DNA of 64,000 nucleotides from a bacterium (GTDB lineage Bacteria > UBA8248 > JACPRG01 > G963555815). The notes beneath the pieces were generated by a model, which saw only the letters and a list, made by a program, of their open reading frames with translations, did not search any database and was not told the DNA's origin. The stretch lies in the NCBI GenBank assembly GCA_965261595.1, contig CBDHDG010000002.1, positions 192,001 through 256,000 of the forward strand. Direction: 5' to 3'. Positions 10,522-20,199 of the stretch are shown here, piece after piece (positions within the stretch are counted from its first letter, which is position 1; each line of letters begins with the position of its first letter). The position numbers were made by a program, and so were the translations under genes.

Positions 10522-12651
10522 TCAGGCCATCTTCAGCAGACCATTGCGAAATTCATCCACGGCGAATCGCCAGCCGGGCTCCACGACAATGGTGGTGTCC
10601 TCGGCCTCTACGATCTCGGGCCCCTCGAAGCTGTGGCCGACCTGGAGCCGCTGACGCGCATAGACCGGCGTGTCCCGCCAGCCGATGTCGGGCCAGAAGG
10701 CCGGGCGGGTTCCCGACTGGGCGGTCGACGCGTCGGATCCATGCGGCTCGAACCTGCGGACTTCGGGCTTGCTCCCCGGGATCGTGGCGCGGAGGACGAA
10801 GTTCTCGATCTCCACGCCCGCCTCCGGCGTCAGGCCCATCGAGCTGTATGCCTCGCTGTATTCCTTTTCGAAGGCGGCGTAGATCGCCCGGATGTCGTCC
10901 GGGCTTTGAACTTTTATCACCGGAGAGATTGCGCGCTTGACGTTGAGCTGGCCGCCGAACTTCATGTCCAGCTCCAGCATCCACTGGATATCCCGGAGAT
11001 CGAGCCCTTCCCCCCGGAAGTCCTTCCGGGCGCGCTCCATCAGGCCGTCCACCACCGCGTTGAAGGTGTCATAGTCCTCGAACAGGGTGCCCTTGAAGTC
11101 CATGAGGTGAAGGTCCAGGGACTTTTCGTAGAGATGGATCATGTCCATCGTGGCGGAGTCGTAGGCGCAGAACGTGGAGGCGAACGGGAAGACGACAATG
11201 GTCTCCAACTGGGCGAATGAGGCGAACCCGGTGGCGTGGACGGGACCGGCGCCGCCCACCGCGAACAAGATGAACTCGCGCGGGTCGAACCCCTTCAACA
11301 CGGTCTCTTTGTAAATCTCCCCCCCCATGCCAGCGTCCACCACCCGCTTGGCCAGCAAGGCCGCCTCTTCCACGCTGACGCCGAGGGGGGCGGCCATATC
11401 CTCCTGAATCGCCTTCACGGCCAAATCCTTGTTCAGCTTCAGCCGCCCGCCGTGGAAGGTGTCCGGGTTGATGTACCCCAACACAACATCGGCGTCGGTC
11501 ACGGTGGGTTGGGCGCCGCCCTGATTGTAACAGGCGGGTCCCGGGTGGGCGCCGGCGCTCTCCGGGCCGACCTCCACCTGATTTCCCAGGATCGGATTGA
11601 CCCGGATGATGGAGCCCCCGCCCGCGCCGATGGACCGGACGTCCAGCATCGTAGCGTCCACGACCCATCGGTCGATGATGGGCTGGAACTGGTAAAACCG
11701 GGTGCTGCCTTCGGCGACCATGCCGATGTCGAAGCTGGTCCCGCCCATGTCGGCGCTGATCACGTTCTTGTAGCCGTAATAGGGCGCAAGGTGGAAACTT
11801 CCCATGACGCCGGCCACAGGGCCGCCGTTGTAGGTGTTGACGGCGGAGGTCTTGAAGACGGACGCCATTCCCCCCGTGTTGTGGATCATCATCAACGGCC
11901 GCTGGTAGCGGCGGTCGCGCAGCTCTTCGGTGATCCCGATCAACTCCGCGTACATGGACTGGTGGAGGTAAGCGCTGAGGATGGTCATCATCGTCCGGGG
12001 GTACTCGTAGATGCGCGGGGCGATCTCGGTGGACAGGAACACGGGCATGTTGCCCAGGTAGGCGTCGTTGTATTCCGCACGGATCAATTCCGCGATGCGT
12101 TCCTCGTGCACGGGGTTGGCGAAGGACCACAGCAGGGAGACCACAAACGCCCGGGCCCCCTTGTCCACCAGGCCGCCCAGTTGTTCCAGAAATTTATCTT
12201 CGTCCAGCGGATAGATGACATCTCCGTTGGAGTCGATGCGCTCCTTGGCCCCCACCACCATGGATTTGTCGATGAGCGGCTCGGGCCGCCGGATCCGGGC
12301 GATGTTTCGGGCGAATTTGAACGGAATTCCATCCGCCCACTGGCTGCAGCGGCCGATGAAAATCGTGTCTTCGAACCCGTGGGTCGTGATGAGCGCCAGC
12401 TTGGGTCCGACGCGCTCGATCAATTTGTTCATGGCCAGAGTGGTGGAGTAACGGATGATCTCCGTTTCCTCCAGCAGATCCTCCACCTCGAGGTCGAGGC
12501 GATCGGCGCCCTCCTCGATGGCCTGCATCAGGCACACGGACAGATCATAGGCGGTGGTTCTGGTCTTGCACCACACCTGCTCCCCGTTTCGGGTGATGAA
12601 GCAGTCCGTGAACGTCCCCCCAATATCGATATCGATGGAGGTTTCAGCCAT
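10522..12651 (-). CDS. apcC: Hydantoinase A/oxoprolinase-family carboxylase subunit (ApcC-like)
   Basis: IDIGGTFTD, DMGGTSFD, SIGAGGGS, GPESAGAHPGPACY; 709 aa, intact. Confidence 0.8.
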   Translation of the reverse strand: MAETSIDIDIGGTFTDCFITRNGEQVWCKTRTTAYDLSVCLMQAIEEGADRLDLEVEDLLEETEIIRYSTTLAMNKLIERVGPKLALITTHGFEDTIFIGRCSQWADGIPFKFARNIARIRRPEPLIDKSMVVGAKERIDSNGDVIYPLDEDKFLEQLGGLVDKGARAFVVSLLWSFANPVHEERIAELIRAEYNDAYLGNMPVFLSTEIAPRIYEYPRTMMTILSAYLHQSMYAELIGITEELRDRRYQRPLMMIHNTGGMASVFKTSAVNTYNGGPVAGVMGSFHLAPYYGYKNVISADMGGTSFDIGMVAEGSTRFYQFQPIIDRWVVDATMLDVRSIGAGGGSIIRVNPILGNQVEVGPESAGAHPGPACYNQGGAQPTVTDADVVLGYINPDTFHGGRLKLNKDLAVKAIQEDMAAPLGVSVEEAALLAKRVVDAGMGGEIYKETVLKGFDPREFILFAVGGAGPVHATGFASFAQLETIVVFPFASTFCAYDSATMDMIHLYEKSLDLHLMDFKGTLFEDYDTFNAVVDGLMERARKDFRGEGLDLRDIQWMLELDMKFGGQLNVKRAISPVIKVQSPDDIRAIYAAFEKEYSEAYSSMGLTPEAGVEIENFVLRATIPGSKPEVRRFEPHGSDASTAQSGTRPAFWPDIGWRDTPVYARQRLQVGHSFEGPEIVEAEDTTIVVEPGWRFAVDEFRNGLLKMA

Positions 12652-13009
12652 CTTGTGTTTCCCCCAACGGTTGGACCCCGTATTTGGCTTTCAGCGCGTC
12701 CATGTCCAGTTCAACATCGAAGGTGATGGGATGGCCCGGCGGAAGATATTCGACCTCGATCATCGTGGCGCAGCCCGGGCAATAAAACTCGACCACCCGG
12801 CACCATTCAGGGTCGGGGGCGAATCCATACTCGCCCTCGACCACGGGGCGGTGAATTTCCCGCGGGTCGCGGTCCGCAAGCAGGCACCCCTCCTTGTAAT
12901 TTCCGCGGGCGGGGCCGAGATCCCATCCGCAAACCCTGCAATGCCAAGCCTCCCGCTCCAGGTCGATCTCCAGGTATTCTGTAATCTGAGGCCGGGTGAC
13001 CATGATCAC
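12644..13009 (-). CDS. apcB: Acetone/acetophenone carboxylase small Zn subunit (ApcB-like)
   Basis: CxxC...NYK...EFYCPGCATMIEVEYLPPGHP; 121 aa. Confidence 0.8.
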   Translation of the reverse strand: MIMVTRPQITEYLEIDLEREAWHCRVCGWDLGPARGNYKEGCLLADRDPREIHRPVVEGEYGFAPDPEWCRVVEFYCPGCATMIEVEYLPPGHPITFDVELDMDALKAKYGVQPLGETQDG

Positions 13010-14999
13010 ACCTCCATGACGCCGTTTCCGGCGGAGTCAATTCGAAACGGGGTCTGATCGGGTACGAGCACGGAGGTGAACGCTCCCTCGATGATGGCGG
13101 GTCCTCGCACCTCGGACCCGAGGGGCAGCCGGTCGAGCCGGTAGACCGCCGCGTCCGCCTCCCCGGAGGTTAGCCGGATTCGACGCCTTCCGAGTTGGGC
13201 TTCAGCCGCGTCGGCGGCTCTATCCCCGGCCGCTTTCAAGTCCGGGTGGGGCACGGGGCATGTCGCCGTCAGCCGGACAATCAGGTATTGGCCGCCAGGC
13301 GGGAGATTGCTCAGAAAGCGATCCAACTCACCGGGCGGCCGGCCGTTGGTGAGAGCGCCCCTCGCGCTTCCCACTTCTTCCGTTCCTGCCAGACAAAGGA
13401 TCTCGATCGCGCAGCTCATGTCCTCCGCGGCAAACCCCTCGCCGCGCATGTCGCGGAGGGCGCGCGCGCAATTCCTCCGTGATTTGCCCCAACGCTTCGG
13501 GGGTGACGGGGACATCGGTCAGCGGCCGGATTTCCTCGTACCGGTGGGTCACATCCAGCGTGCTGGCGCCGAAGGCGGAGAAGACGGCGGCGACGGCGGG
13601 GACATAGACCTCGCCCAGGTTCAATTGCTTCGCCAGGCCGTGCGCCAGCATGCCCGCGCCTCCGCCGAACGCATACAGCGTGGCCCCATCCAATGAAACG
13701 CCGGAGGGTATCGGCACGCGCTCACCAATGTGCCGGGCCAGGGTCGTTTCGATGGCTTCCTTTGCCTTCAGCGCGGCGTCGGCCGGATCGATGCCCGACG
13801 GTCCCGCGATTCGTTCTTGCAGCGCTTCGCGCGCCCGTTCCGGGTCCAGGCGCTTCCGTCCGCCCAGGTATTGGTCGGGCGCCAGGTAACCGAGGGTGAG
13901 CCAGACATCGGTGGGGGTGACTTCGGCGCCTCCCAGCCCGAAGGAAGCGGGACCGGGCACGGCGCCCTGGCTGTCGGGTCCGACGGTCAGCCCGCCGTTT
14001 TCGTCGCACCGGATGATCGACCCCCCTCCGACGCCGAATGAGATGATGTTGGGAGTGCGCTGGGCGACCTGAACGCCGTTGATGGGCAGGTAATCGGCGG
14101 TGACCGGGTTTCCCTTGGCGATCAGAGACACATCGGAGGTGGTGCCCCCCACGTCGATGCTGAGCGCCCGGTCATGGCCCACCGCTTGGGCCATGACTTG
14201 GGCTCCGCGGACTCCGGCCGCGGGGCCGGACTGGTAGGTGTGAATGGCCCGGGTCTTGGCGACCCGGGTGACGCCGTAGTCCGCGGTGACGATCAAAAGC
14301 GGATAGCGGTAACCGGCCTTTTTGACTTGGTCCTCGGCCTTGTAGAGGGAGTTGACCAGGGATCGGTGGAAATAGGCGTTCACCACGGCCGTGTTGGTTC
14401 GCAGCTCGTCGTTTGGAACCCGGGAGACCTGATGGGAAACCAGCAGGGGCACCGCCCCGAGGTAGTGGCGCGGATAGGCCGCGTCGATCGTCCGTCTGAC
14501 ACCCATCTCGTTGGCCGGATTACAGGTGAGCGTTCCGCAGGCTGATGACGACCATGCGGGCCCCGTTCTCCAGCAGGCGCCGCACCCCGGCGTCGACTTC
14601 TTCCGCGTCCGGCGGGCGCACCGCTTCGCCCCGGTCATCGACTTCTTCGGAGACCCCGACCACCATTTGCGAAGAGACAAAGGCGGTGATCGGGTTTTCC
14701 GCTTCGGCGGCGTAGAGGTCCTTTTCAGCCCCCTTCGTGACAATGACGCCCAGCTTGGGGCCGGTGCGCTGGACGGCCGTATTCGTGGCAATCGTGGAGG
14801 AGAAGCGGATCACGCGGGTTTGCTCGAGCAAATCCGGCGTTTCCATTTCGAGCCGGCGGGCGCCCTCTTCGATGCAGGAGAAAAAGCAGACCGTCAGGTC
14901 GTGGGGAGTTGTTTCGACCTTGACGCTGGTGGCGCGTCCGTCACCGAAGATGTACCCGTCCGTAAAGGTGCCCCCCGTATCGATGTCGATGGTGTACAA
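13006..14999 (-). pseudogene. apcA: Hydantoinase A-family carboxylase subunit (ApcA-like), two frameshifts
   Basis: IDTGGTFTD N-terminus; +1 nt at ~14521 and a 2-nt loss in a GC-dinucleotide run at ~13465 join the three ORF pieces. Confidence 0.75.
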
Positions 15000-15333
15000 A
15001 GGCTTTGCACCCTCCCGTTCAACGGCTTGCGGGCTGCGGGCCCTCAGAGCCGCAGGCTCTCAGAGCCGTGGACTCCCGGCGCACTCCATCGCGGCGCCGC
15101 AGCTTCCCTCGACGACGTAGAATTCCGCCGAACTTGCCAATTGTAGAAAGAAGGGGATTCTAACACGAAATTTTAACAATGCTTCAATCTGATTTTCGAT
15201 TGCGAAATGCTGTGCTTCTCTTTCATTGCCAAGACTCATCGTTTCTTTGAATCAGGGAAGGCTCCCCGGCAGGCTGTTGCATCGCTCTTTTTGTAACGGA
15301 CTCTCTCCCCCCTCTCCCCCCCCCAACACCCGG

Positions 15334-16020
15334 CTAGTCGGCCCAGCCCGGCTCATAGCGCTCTCCCTTCACAACGCGTTGGACGAAGATCCCGGGGGTG
15401 ACAACGGCTTCCGGCGCCAGGCCGCCCACCTCCACGATCTCCTCGACCTCCGCAATCGTGATCTTCGCCGCGGCCGCCATGACCGGGTTGAAGTTCCGGG
15501 CGGCCATCCGGTAGACGAGGTTGCCCATCCGGTCCGCCCGGAAAGCCTCGAGCAGGGCATAGTCGGCCCGAAGGGGGGATTCCAGGAGGTATTCCCGGCC
15601 GTCAAGGACCCGGACCTCCTTACCCTCCGCCACGGGCGTCCCGACGCCGGTCGGCGTATAAAATCCCCCCAAGCCCGCCGCGGCCGCCCGCATGCGCTCG
15701 ACCAACGTTCCCTGAGGGACCAGCTCGAGCGCTGTCTCTCCCGCCTTTAGACGCGCCTCAAAGGCATCGCTTGCCCCGGGAACCGGAAAGCTGGCGTAGA
15801 GTTTTTTGATCTGGTTGTTACGATAAAGCTTGGAAATCCCGCGCTCTCCCGAGCCCGCCGAGTTGGAAATCACAACCAGGTCTTTCGCGCCCCGCTCAGA
15901 CAGGGCGCGTATCAAGTTTTCCGGAACGCCCGCGTCGCCGAACCCACCGACCATGATGACCGAGCCATCTTGGATGTCGGCCACGGCCGCGGCGGAATCG
16001 GGGCGGACCTTATCGATCAT
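15334..16020 (-). CDS. 3-oxoacid CoA-transferase subunit A
   Basis: MVGGFG..GVPENLI, SNSAG, PQGTLVER..GGFYTPTGVGT, ARNFNP motifs. Confidence 0.9.
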   Translation of the reverse strand: MIDKVRPDSAAAVADIQDGSVIMVGGFGDAGVPENLIRALSERGAKDLVVISNSAGSGERGISKLYRNNQIKKLYASFPVPGASDAFEARLKAGETALELVPQGTLVERMRAAAAGLGGFYTPTGVGTPVAEGKEVRVLDGREYLLESPLRADYALLEAFRADRMGNLVYRMAARNFNPVMAAAAKITIAEVEEIVEVGGLAPEAVVTPGIFVQRVVKGERYEPGWAD

Positions 16021-16196
16021 TCGAGTTATCCATTGAATCGAAAAGCGGCAATCTCAATACCCGCTTGGGGTGTCATGAAGCCCAGGGGTCCATCCCCCCC
16101 CTTTTTTACAGATTCATTCGTCCTCCGTAAAGGACGATGTGTGTTCATGGGGAGAGGGTGAGACCCGCGCCGTTCTTCGCCGCGCCACCCCGATCC

Positions 16197-17816
16197 TCAG
16201 TAAAGCCCCAGGGCGCGAAGGGTGCGGGGGCCGGCGACGCCGTCGGGCGTGAGATTGCGGCGCTTCTGAAATTCCTTCACCGCCAGCGTGACCTTGGGCG
16301 AGAACCGCCCGTTGGCCGGCCCGGCGTACAGTTTCCGGGTCCGCAGGGCCTCCTGGAGCCGCTCGACTTCGAGACCCCGGTCGCCCTCTTTCAGGAAGGT
16401 CTTGCCCCGTTTGCCCCTCTTCGAGTAGTAGAGCCGTTGTTTGCTGGATTTCAGATACATGGAGCGCGCCGCCGGGCTGGCCGCGGCCCGGTCCATCTGA
16501 GAGGACTCCATTCGCATGGCTTCGAGCTTCTTGGACAGGACGAGGTTGTTCAGCGTTTTGTTTTTCGCGGCGAGCTCGTTGGCCAGGGCGGCGATGCCGC
16601 GTTTGGCCTCCACCCTTCGGCCCTTCTCGTACATCCGGATCGCCTTGGAGTAACGCTGGTCGGTCTCGGTGAGGATGGCCTCGGCCATGACCTTCTTGTT
16701 GCGGGATGCCAGGACGACCTGTGTGTCCGGAGAAACCCGCACTTTGAGGGCCGTGGCGTGGCTTCCGGGCCGGTTGTCGAGGGTGTCCACGTAGTGAAGC
16801 TCCAGACGGCCCAGGTCCAGCCCGCCATCGCGGGCGGCGTTGACTTCGAGGCGGAGGACAACGGACCTTTTCTCGCCGGAGTAGAAGTTCCCCATCGGGA
16901 TGGTCGTGCTTCCGCCTTTACGGGTGTGCGCGTAGCCGAAGACGGTGACCTTCTCCACGGCCGGGCTGGCGGTGAAGACGAGCCGGGCGTCCTTGGCGAC
17001 GGTGGCGTACAGCGTGGACAGCTCCCGTCGGAAGATGCGGCTCATCCGGGCGGGATTTTCGATGTAGTAGTAATTGCCCGCGCCGTTCTCGGCGATGGTC
17101 TGCATCAGGTCCTCGTCGTAATTCAGCCCGAGGCCCGCGGTCGAGATGCTGACGCCCTTGCGCAGCGCCTCGCGAACGAGCTGCCGGATGGCGGCCGGCC
17201 GAGTGACGCCCCGGTTGGCGAGGCCGTCGGACATCAGAAGGACCCGGTTGACGCCTTCGCGGTCCAGGTGTTTAAGCGTTTCCTCGACGCCCTTCATCAT
17301 CCCCCCGGCGAGGTCGGTCGAGCCCCGGGGGCTGAGGCTGTCGATGAGGCGTTTGATCATCTCCGGCGCCTCGACCGGCGTGGAGGGCCAAAGGACGGTG
17401 ATCCGGTCGTCGTACTCGATCACGGCCAGGCGGTCCTTGGGACTCAGCAGGTCGACCACGACCTTGGCCGCTTTGCGGGCGTAGGTGATCTTGCCGCGCT
17501 GGGACATCGAGCCGGAGCGGTCGATGACGAGCGCCAGGTTCATCCGCGGACGCTCTTTGCCCGGCTCGGGTTTCCGCTCGGGGACGTCGAACTCAATCAG
17601 GACGTACACCAGGCGTTTTTTCCCCGGCAGGATCACCTTGCGGTCGAGCTCGACTTTTGGGGTGACCGGGGCGGATAGCGCGGAACCGGCTGCCAGGGTG
17701 GCAGGACCGGCCTCTAGGGTAGCGGGACCGGCCGACAGGGTGATCAGGGTCAGGCACAGACCGAGAACAAGCAGCCATCGGACGGCGCCCCTTCCGCTTT
17801 TCAACCGGGATCTCAT
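16197..17816 (-). CDS. Secreted vWA-domain protein with C-terminal peptidoglycan-binding domain
   Basis: RBS GAGGAGG before ATG 17816; signal/TM segment; MIDAS DRSGSM, LMSDGLAN; C-terminal LQEAL...AVKEFQKRRNLTPDGVAGPRT. Confidence 0.85.
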   Translation of the reverse strand: MRSRLKSGRGAVRWLLVLGLCLTLITLSAGPATLEAGPATLAAGSALSAPVTPKVELDRKVILPGKKRLVYVLIEFDVPERKPEPGKERPRMNLALVIDRSGSMSQRGKITYARKAAKVVVDLLSPKDRLAVIEYDDRITVLWPSTPVEAPEMIKRLIDSLSPRGSTDLAGGMMKGVEETLKHLDREGVNRVLLMSDGLANRGVTRPAAIRQLVREALRKGVSISTAGLGLNYDEDLMQTIAENGAGNYYYIENPARMSRIFRRELSTLYATVAKDARLVFTASPAVEKVTVFGYAHTRKGGSTTIPMGNFYSGEKRSVVLRLEVNAARDGGLDLGRLELHYVDTLDNRPGSHATALKVRVSPDTQVVLASRNKKVMAEAILTETDQRYSKAIRMYEKGRRVEAKRGIAALANELAAKNKTLNNLVLSKKLEAMRMESSQMDRAAASPAARSMYLKSSKQRLYYSKRGKRGKTFLKEGDRGLEVERLQEALRTRKLYAGPANGRFSPKVTLAVKEFQKRRNLTPDGVAGPRTLRALGLY

Positions 17817-18144
17817 CTCCACTTCCTCCTCACTGAAATTCGGCCGTTGATTCGAATCGGTCGTATGGCGTTGATTCACCCAGCCCGCAACCACCGGACG
17901 CCTCGAAATCATCGAATCCTGAAGGGCGTCTAGGACCGCCCCATCCCCGCCGGATGCGGCGATGGGGCGGTCCTCATCCAATATGACAATCCATCCGGCC
18001 AATTGGTTCTCGCGTGGGGGGAGGGGGGGGGGAGGGGAGGGGGGCCTATTCTCCTGCCGCGCGGTCCTGGTTCGCTGGAAATCTTTAAAATGTTAGAATG
18101 TAATCTCTGACCTCAATTCCATGCTTCATTTGAGGAGTTACTGA

Positions 18145-19470
18145 ATGGCTGAGCGGATTCGGAAAACGGTTGCGCCCAAGGATTTGGCGACCCCCCTGAT
18201 GAAGTATTCGCCCGGGATCAAGGTCGGGCCATGGGTCTTCGTGGCCGGAAAAACGGCGGGGAACTTTTCGGAAGAGGGTTTGGCCCCGGAAGCGCGGCCC
18301 GGCTTGCGGAACCCCGACCTTCAACCGAATCCCCTCCGCCTCCAGGCCCTTTCTATCCTGCCGAACCTGAAAAAAGTCCTGGACGCCAGCGGGTCGTCGA
18401 TGGACCTCACGGTCCGGATGGACGATTTCATTGTGAGCGATGGCGCGGCCCAAGATGGAATCGGGTCAGCCACGGAATACCTGCGCGCCCGGGACGAGCT
18501 CATGCCGGAATCCTCCGGCGCTCCCGCTTCGACGACGGTTGGTTGCAGCAGTCTTTTGTGCAAGCCGACGGTTCTTGAAGTGGATTGCATCGGGATCACG
18601 AAAAGTTCCGGTTGGAAGAAGGAAGTGATCCGGTCCCCGGGCGTCCCGGTCCCGCCGTTCAGGCGGAGCGACGCCATCCGGACGGGGCCTTACGTCTTCT
18701 GCTCGGGCGCCCTCGCGACCGATTGGATTCACGGCGTAGCGCCCTCGGCCCGGACGAACGGCGAGTTCCGGCTCGGAAACGACATCGAGAAGCAAACCCG
18801 CTTCATCCTGGAGCAATTGGAAAAAGTCCTGGAGGAGGCCGGGTCATCCCTGGACCTCGCCGTCAAGGCCCAGGTCCACCTCACCGCTGAAGGCATGAGG
18901 CAAATCAGCAAGTTCGATGAGGTCTGGAAGGAGGTTTTCCCCAAAAACCCGCCCGCCCGCTGTCTCACGCCCGCGGCGTGGCTCGTGGCCAAGGGCTGCA
19001 TGGTCGAGATCAACCTCGTTGCCGTTACGAAGGACGGCGGGATCAAGCCTCAGGTGATCAGGGCGAAGGGGGTTCCCAAATGGCCGCTGCATGAGCCCCA
19101 CGCGGTGAAGGCGGGGAACCTGCTCTTTCTTTCCACGGGAATCGCCGCCGACAACAAGGGAGATTACCCCCGGGAATGCCGGATCAATCCCCACTACCCC
19201 TGGTACGAGAAGGGGATCCGAAAGCAGATGGAGTTTATCCTCGGCAACGCCGAGAAAATCGTGAAAGCGGCCGGCGGCTCGGGGTATGAGAACATCATCC
19301 GCCGCCAGGCGTTCCATTCCGACTTCGACGAATTCATCCTGTGCTTCGAGACTTGGCGGACCCCGTTTCCGCACGACCCGCCGGTGAGCACCACCATCGA
19401 GGATTCGACCGTTCCCCTGCCCGTGCCGGGGGCGACGCTCGTTCTGGACCTCTGGGCCTATATTCCGTGA
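18145..19470 (+). CDS. RidA/YjgF-family protein with three tandem domains
   Basis: Three YjgF-like repeats (YSPGIKVGPWVFVAG; SDAIRTGPYVFCSG; PHAVKAGNLLFLS); RBS GAGGAG. Confidence 0.8.
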   Translation: MAERIRKTVAPKDLATPLMKYSPGIKVGPWVFVAGKTAGNFSEEGLAPEARPGLRNPDLQPNPLRLQALSILPNLKKVLDASGSSMDLTVRMDDFIVSDGAAQDGIGSATEYLRARDELMPESSGAPASTTVGCSSLLCKPTVLEVDCIGITKSSGWKKEVIRSPGVPVPPFRRSDAIRTGPYVFCSGALATDWIHGVAPSARTNGEFRLGNDIEKQTRFILEQLEKVLEEAGSSLDLAVKAQVHLTAEGMRQISKFDEVWKEVFPKNPPARCLTPAAWLVAKGCMVEINLVAVTKDGGIKPQVIRAKGVPKWPLHEPHAVKAGNLLFLSTGIAADNKGDYPRECRINPHYPWYEKGIRKQMEFILGNAEKIVKAAGGSGYENIIRRQAFHSDFDEFILCFETWRTPFPHDPPVSTTIEDSTVPLPVPGATLVLDLWAYIP

Positions 19471-19498
19471 CGCCCGGCGGCCATAGCGAGAAATCCCG

Positions 19499-20158
19499 GT
19501 GACTTCGCATGACACAGACCCCGTACTCAAGGAGTACGGCAAGCTTGCGCCTCACTACGACCGGCGCTGGTCGTTTTACATCGAGGCGACTCTGCGCGAG
19601 ACGCTGAGCCGGCTCGAGCTCCAGCCCGGGGAGAGTCTGGTCGACGTTGGGTGCGGAACCGGGGCGCTACTCGAAGCGCTCTTGGCCACTGGGCGGGAAG
19701 GGCAGCTATCGGGAGTTGACCCATCGCCCGAAATGCTCGAAGTGGCGCGCGGGAGGCTCGGCGAAGCGGTTCTTCTGAAGCAGAGCCACGTGGAGAGCCT
19801 GCCCTTTCCCGACGAGGCGTTCGATGTCGTGGTTTCCACGAACGCCTTTCACTACTTTCGCGACCCGCCGGCCGCGCTCGAAGAGATGGCGCGCGTACTG
19901 CGACCCCACGGACGGATCGTGATCACGGACTGGTGTGATGACTATGTCGGATGCCGGCTCTGCGACCTCTTCCTCCGCGTCTTCAACAGGTCCCACGCCC
20001 GGAGCTATGGGCAGAAGCGGTTCCGTCATCTCGTCCAGCAGGCCGGATTCACCCTGATCGCGATCGATCGCTACAAGATCAACTGGCTCTGGGGCCTGAT
20101 GACAGCGGTGGGCCGGAAGCGCGCCGTCCAACAAGGCGATGAAGCTGACCGGCTATAG
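19499..20158 (+). CDS. Class I SAM-dependent methyltransferase
   Basis: VDVGCGTG, GVDPSPEML, LPFPDEAFDVV, RVLRPHG motifs. Confidence 0.9.
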   Translation: MTSHDTDPVLKEYGKLAPHYDRRWSFYIEATLRETLSRLELQPGESLVDVGCGTGALLEALLATGREGQLSGVDPSPEMLEVARGRLGEAVLLKQSHVESLPFPDEAFDVVVSTNAFHYFRDPPAALEEMARVLRPHGRIVITDWCDDYVGCRLCDLFLRVFNRSHARSYGQKRFRHLVQQAGFTLIAIDRYKINWLWGLMTAVGRKRAVQQGDEADRL

Positions 20159-20199
20159 CGTAGCGTCGGCCATCTGTGGCAGCCTTCCGGCGGCGGGCG

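Noticed and set aside
15010..15120. Riboswitch in the apc leader (tandem CGGCTCTGAG repeat on the minus strand)
   Set aside because: I could not match it to any riboswitch consensus by eye; it would need an Rfam/Infernal scan.
18016..18045. Functional G-quadruplex in G-rich tracts (also ~8375, ~15300, ~38560, ~46660)
   Set aside because: They look like degenerate purine-rich intergenic repeats, and homopolymer lengths are unreliable; there is no evidence of function.
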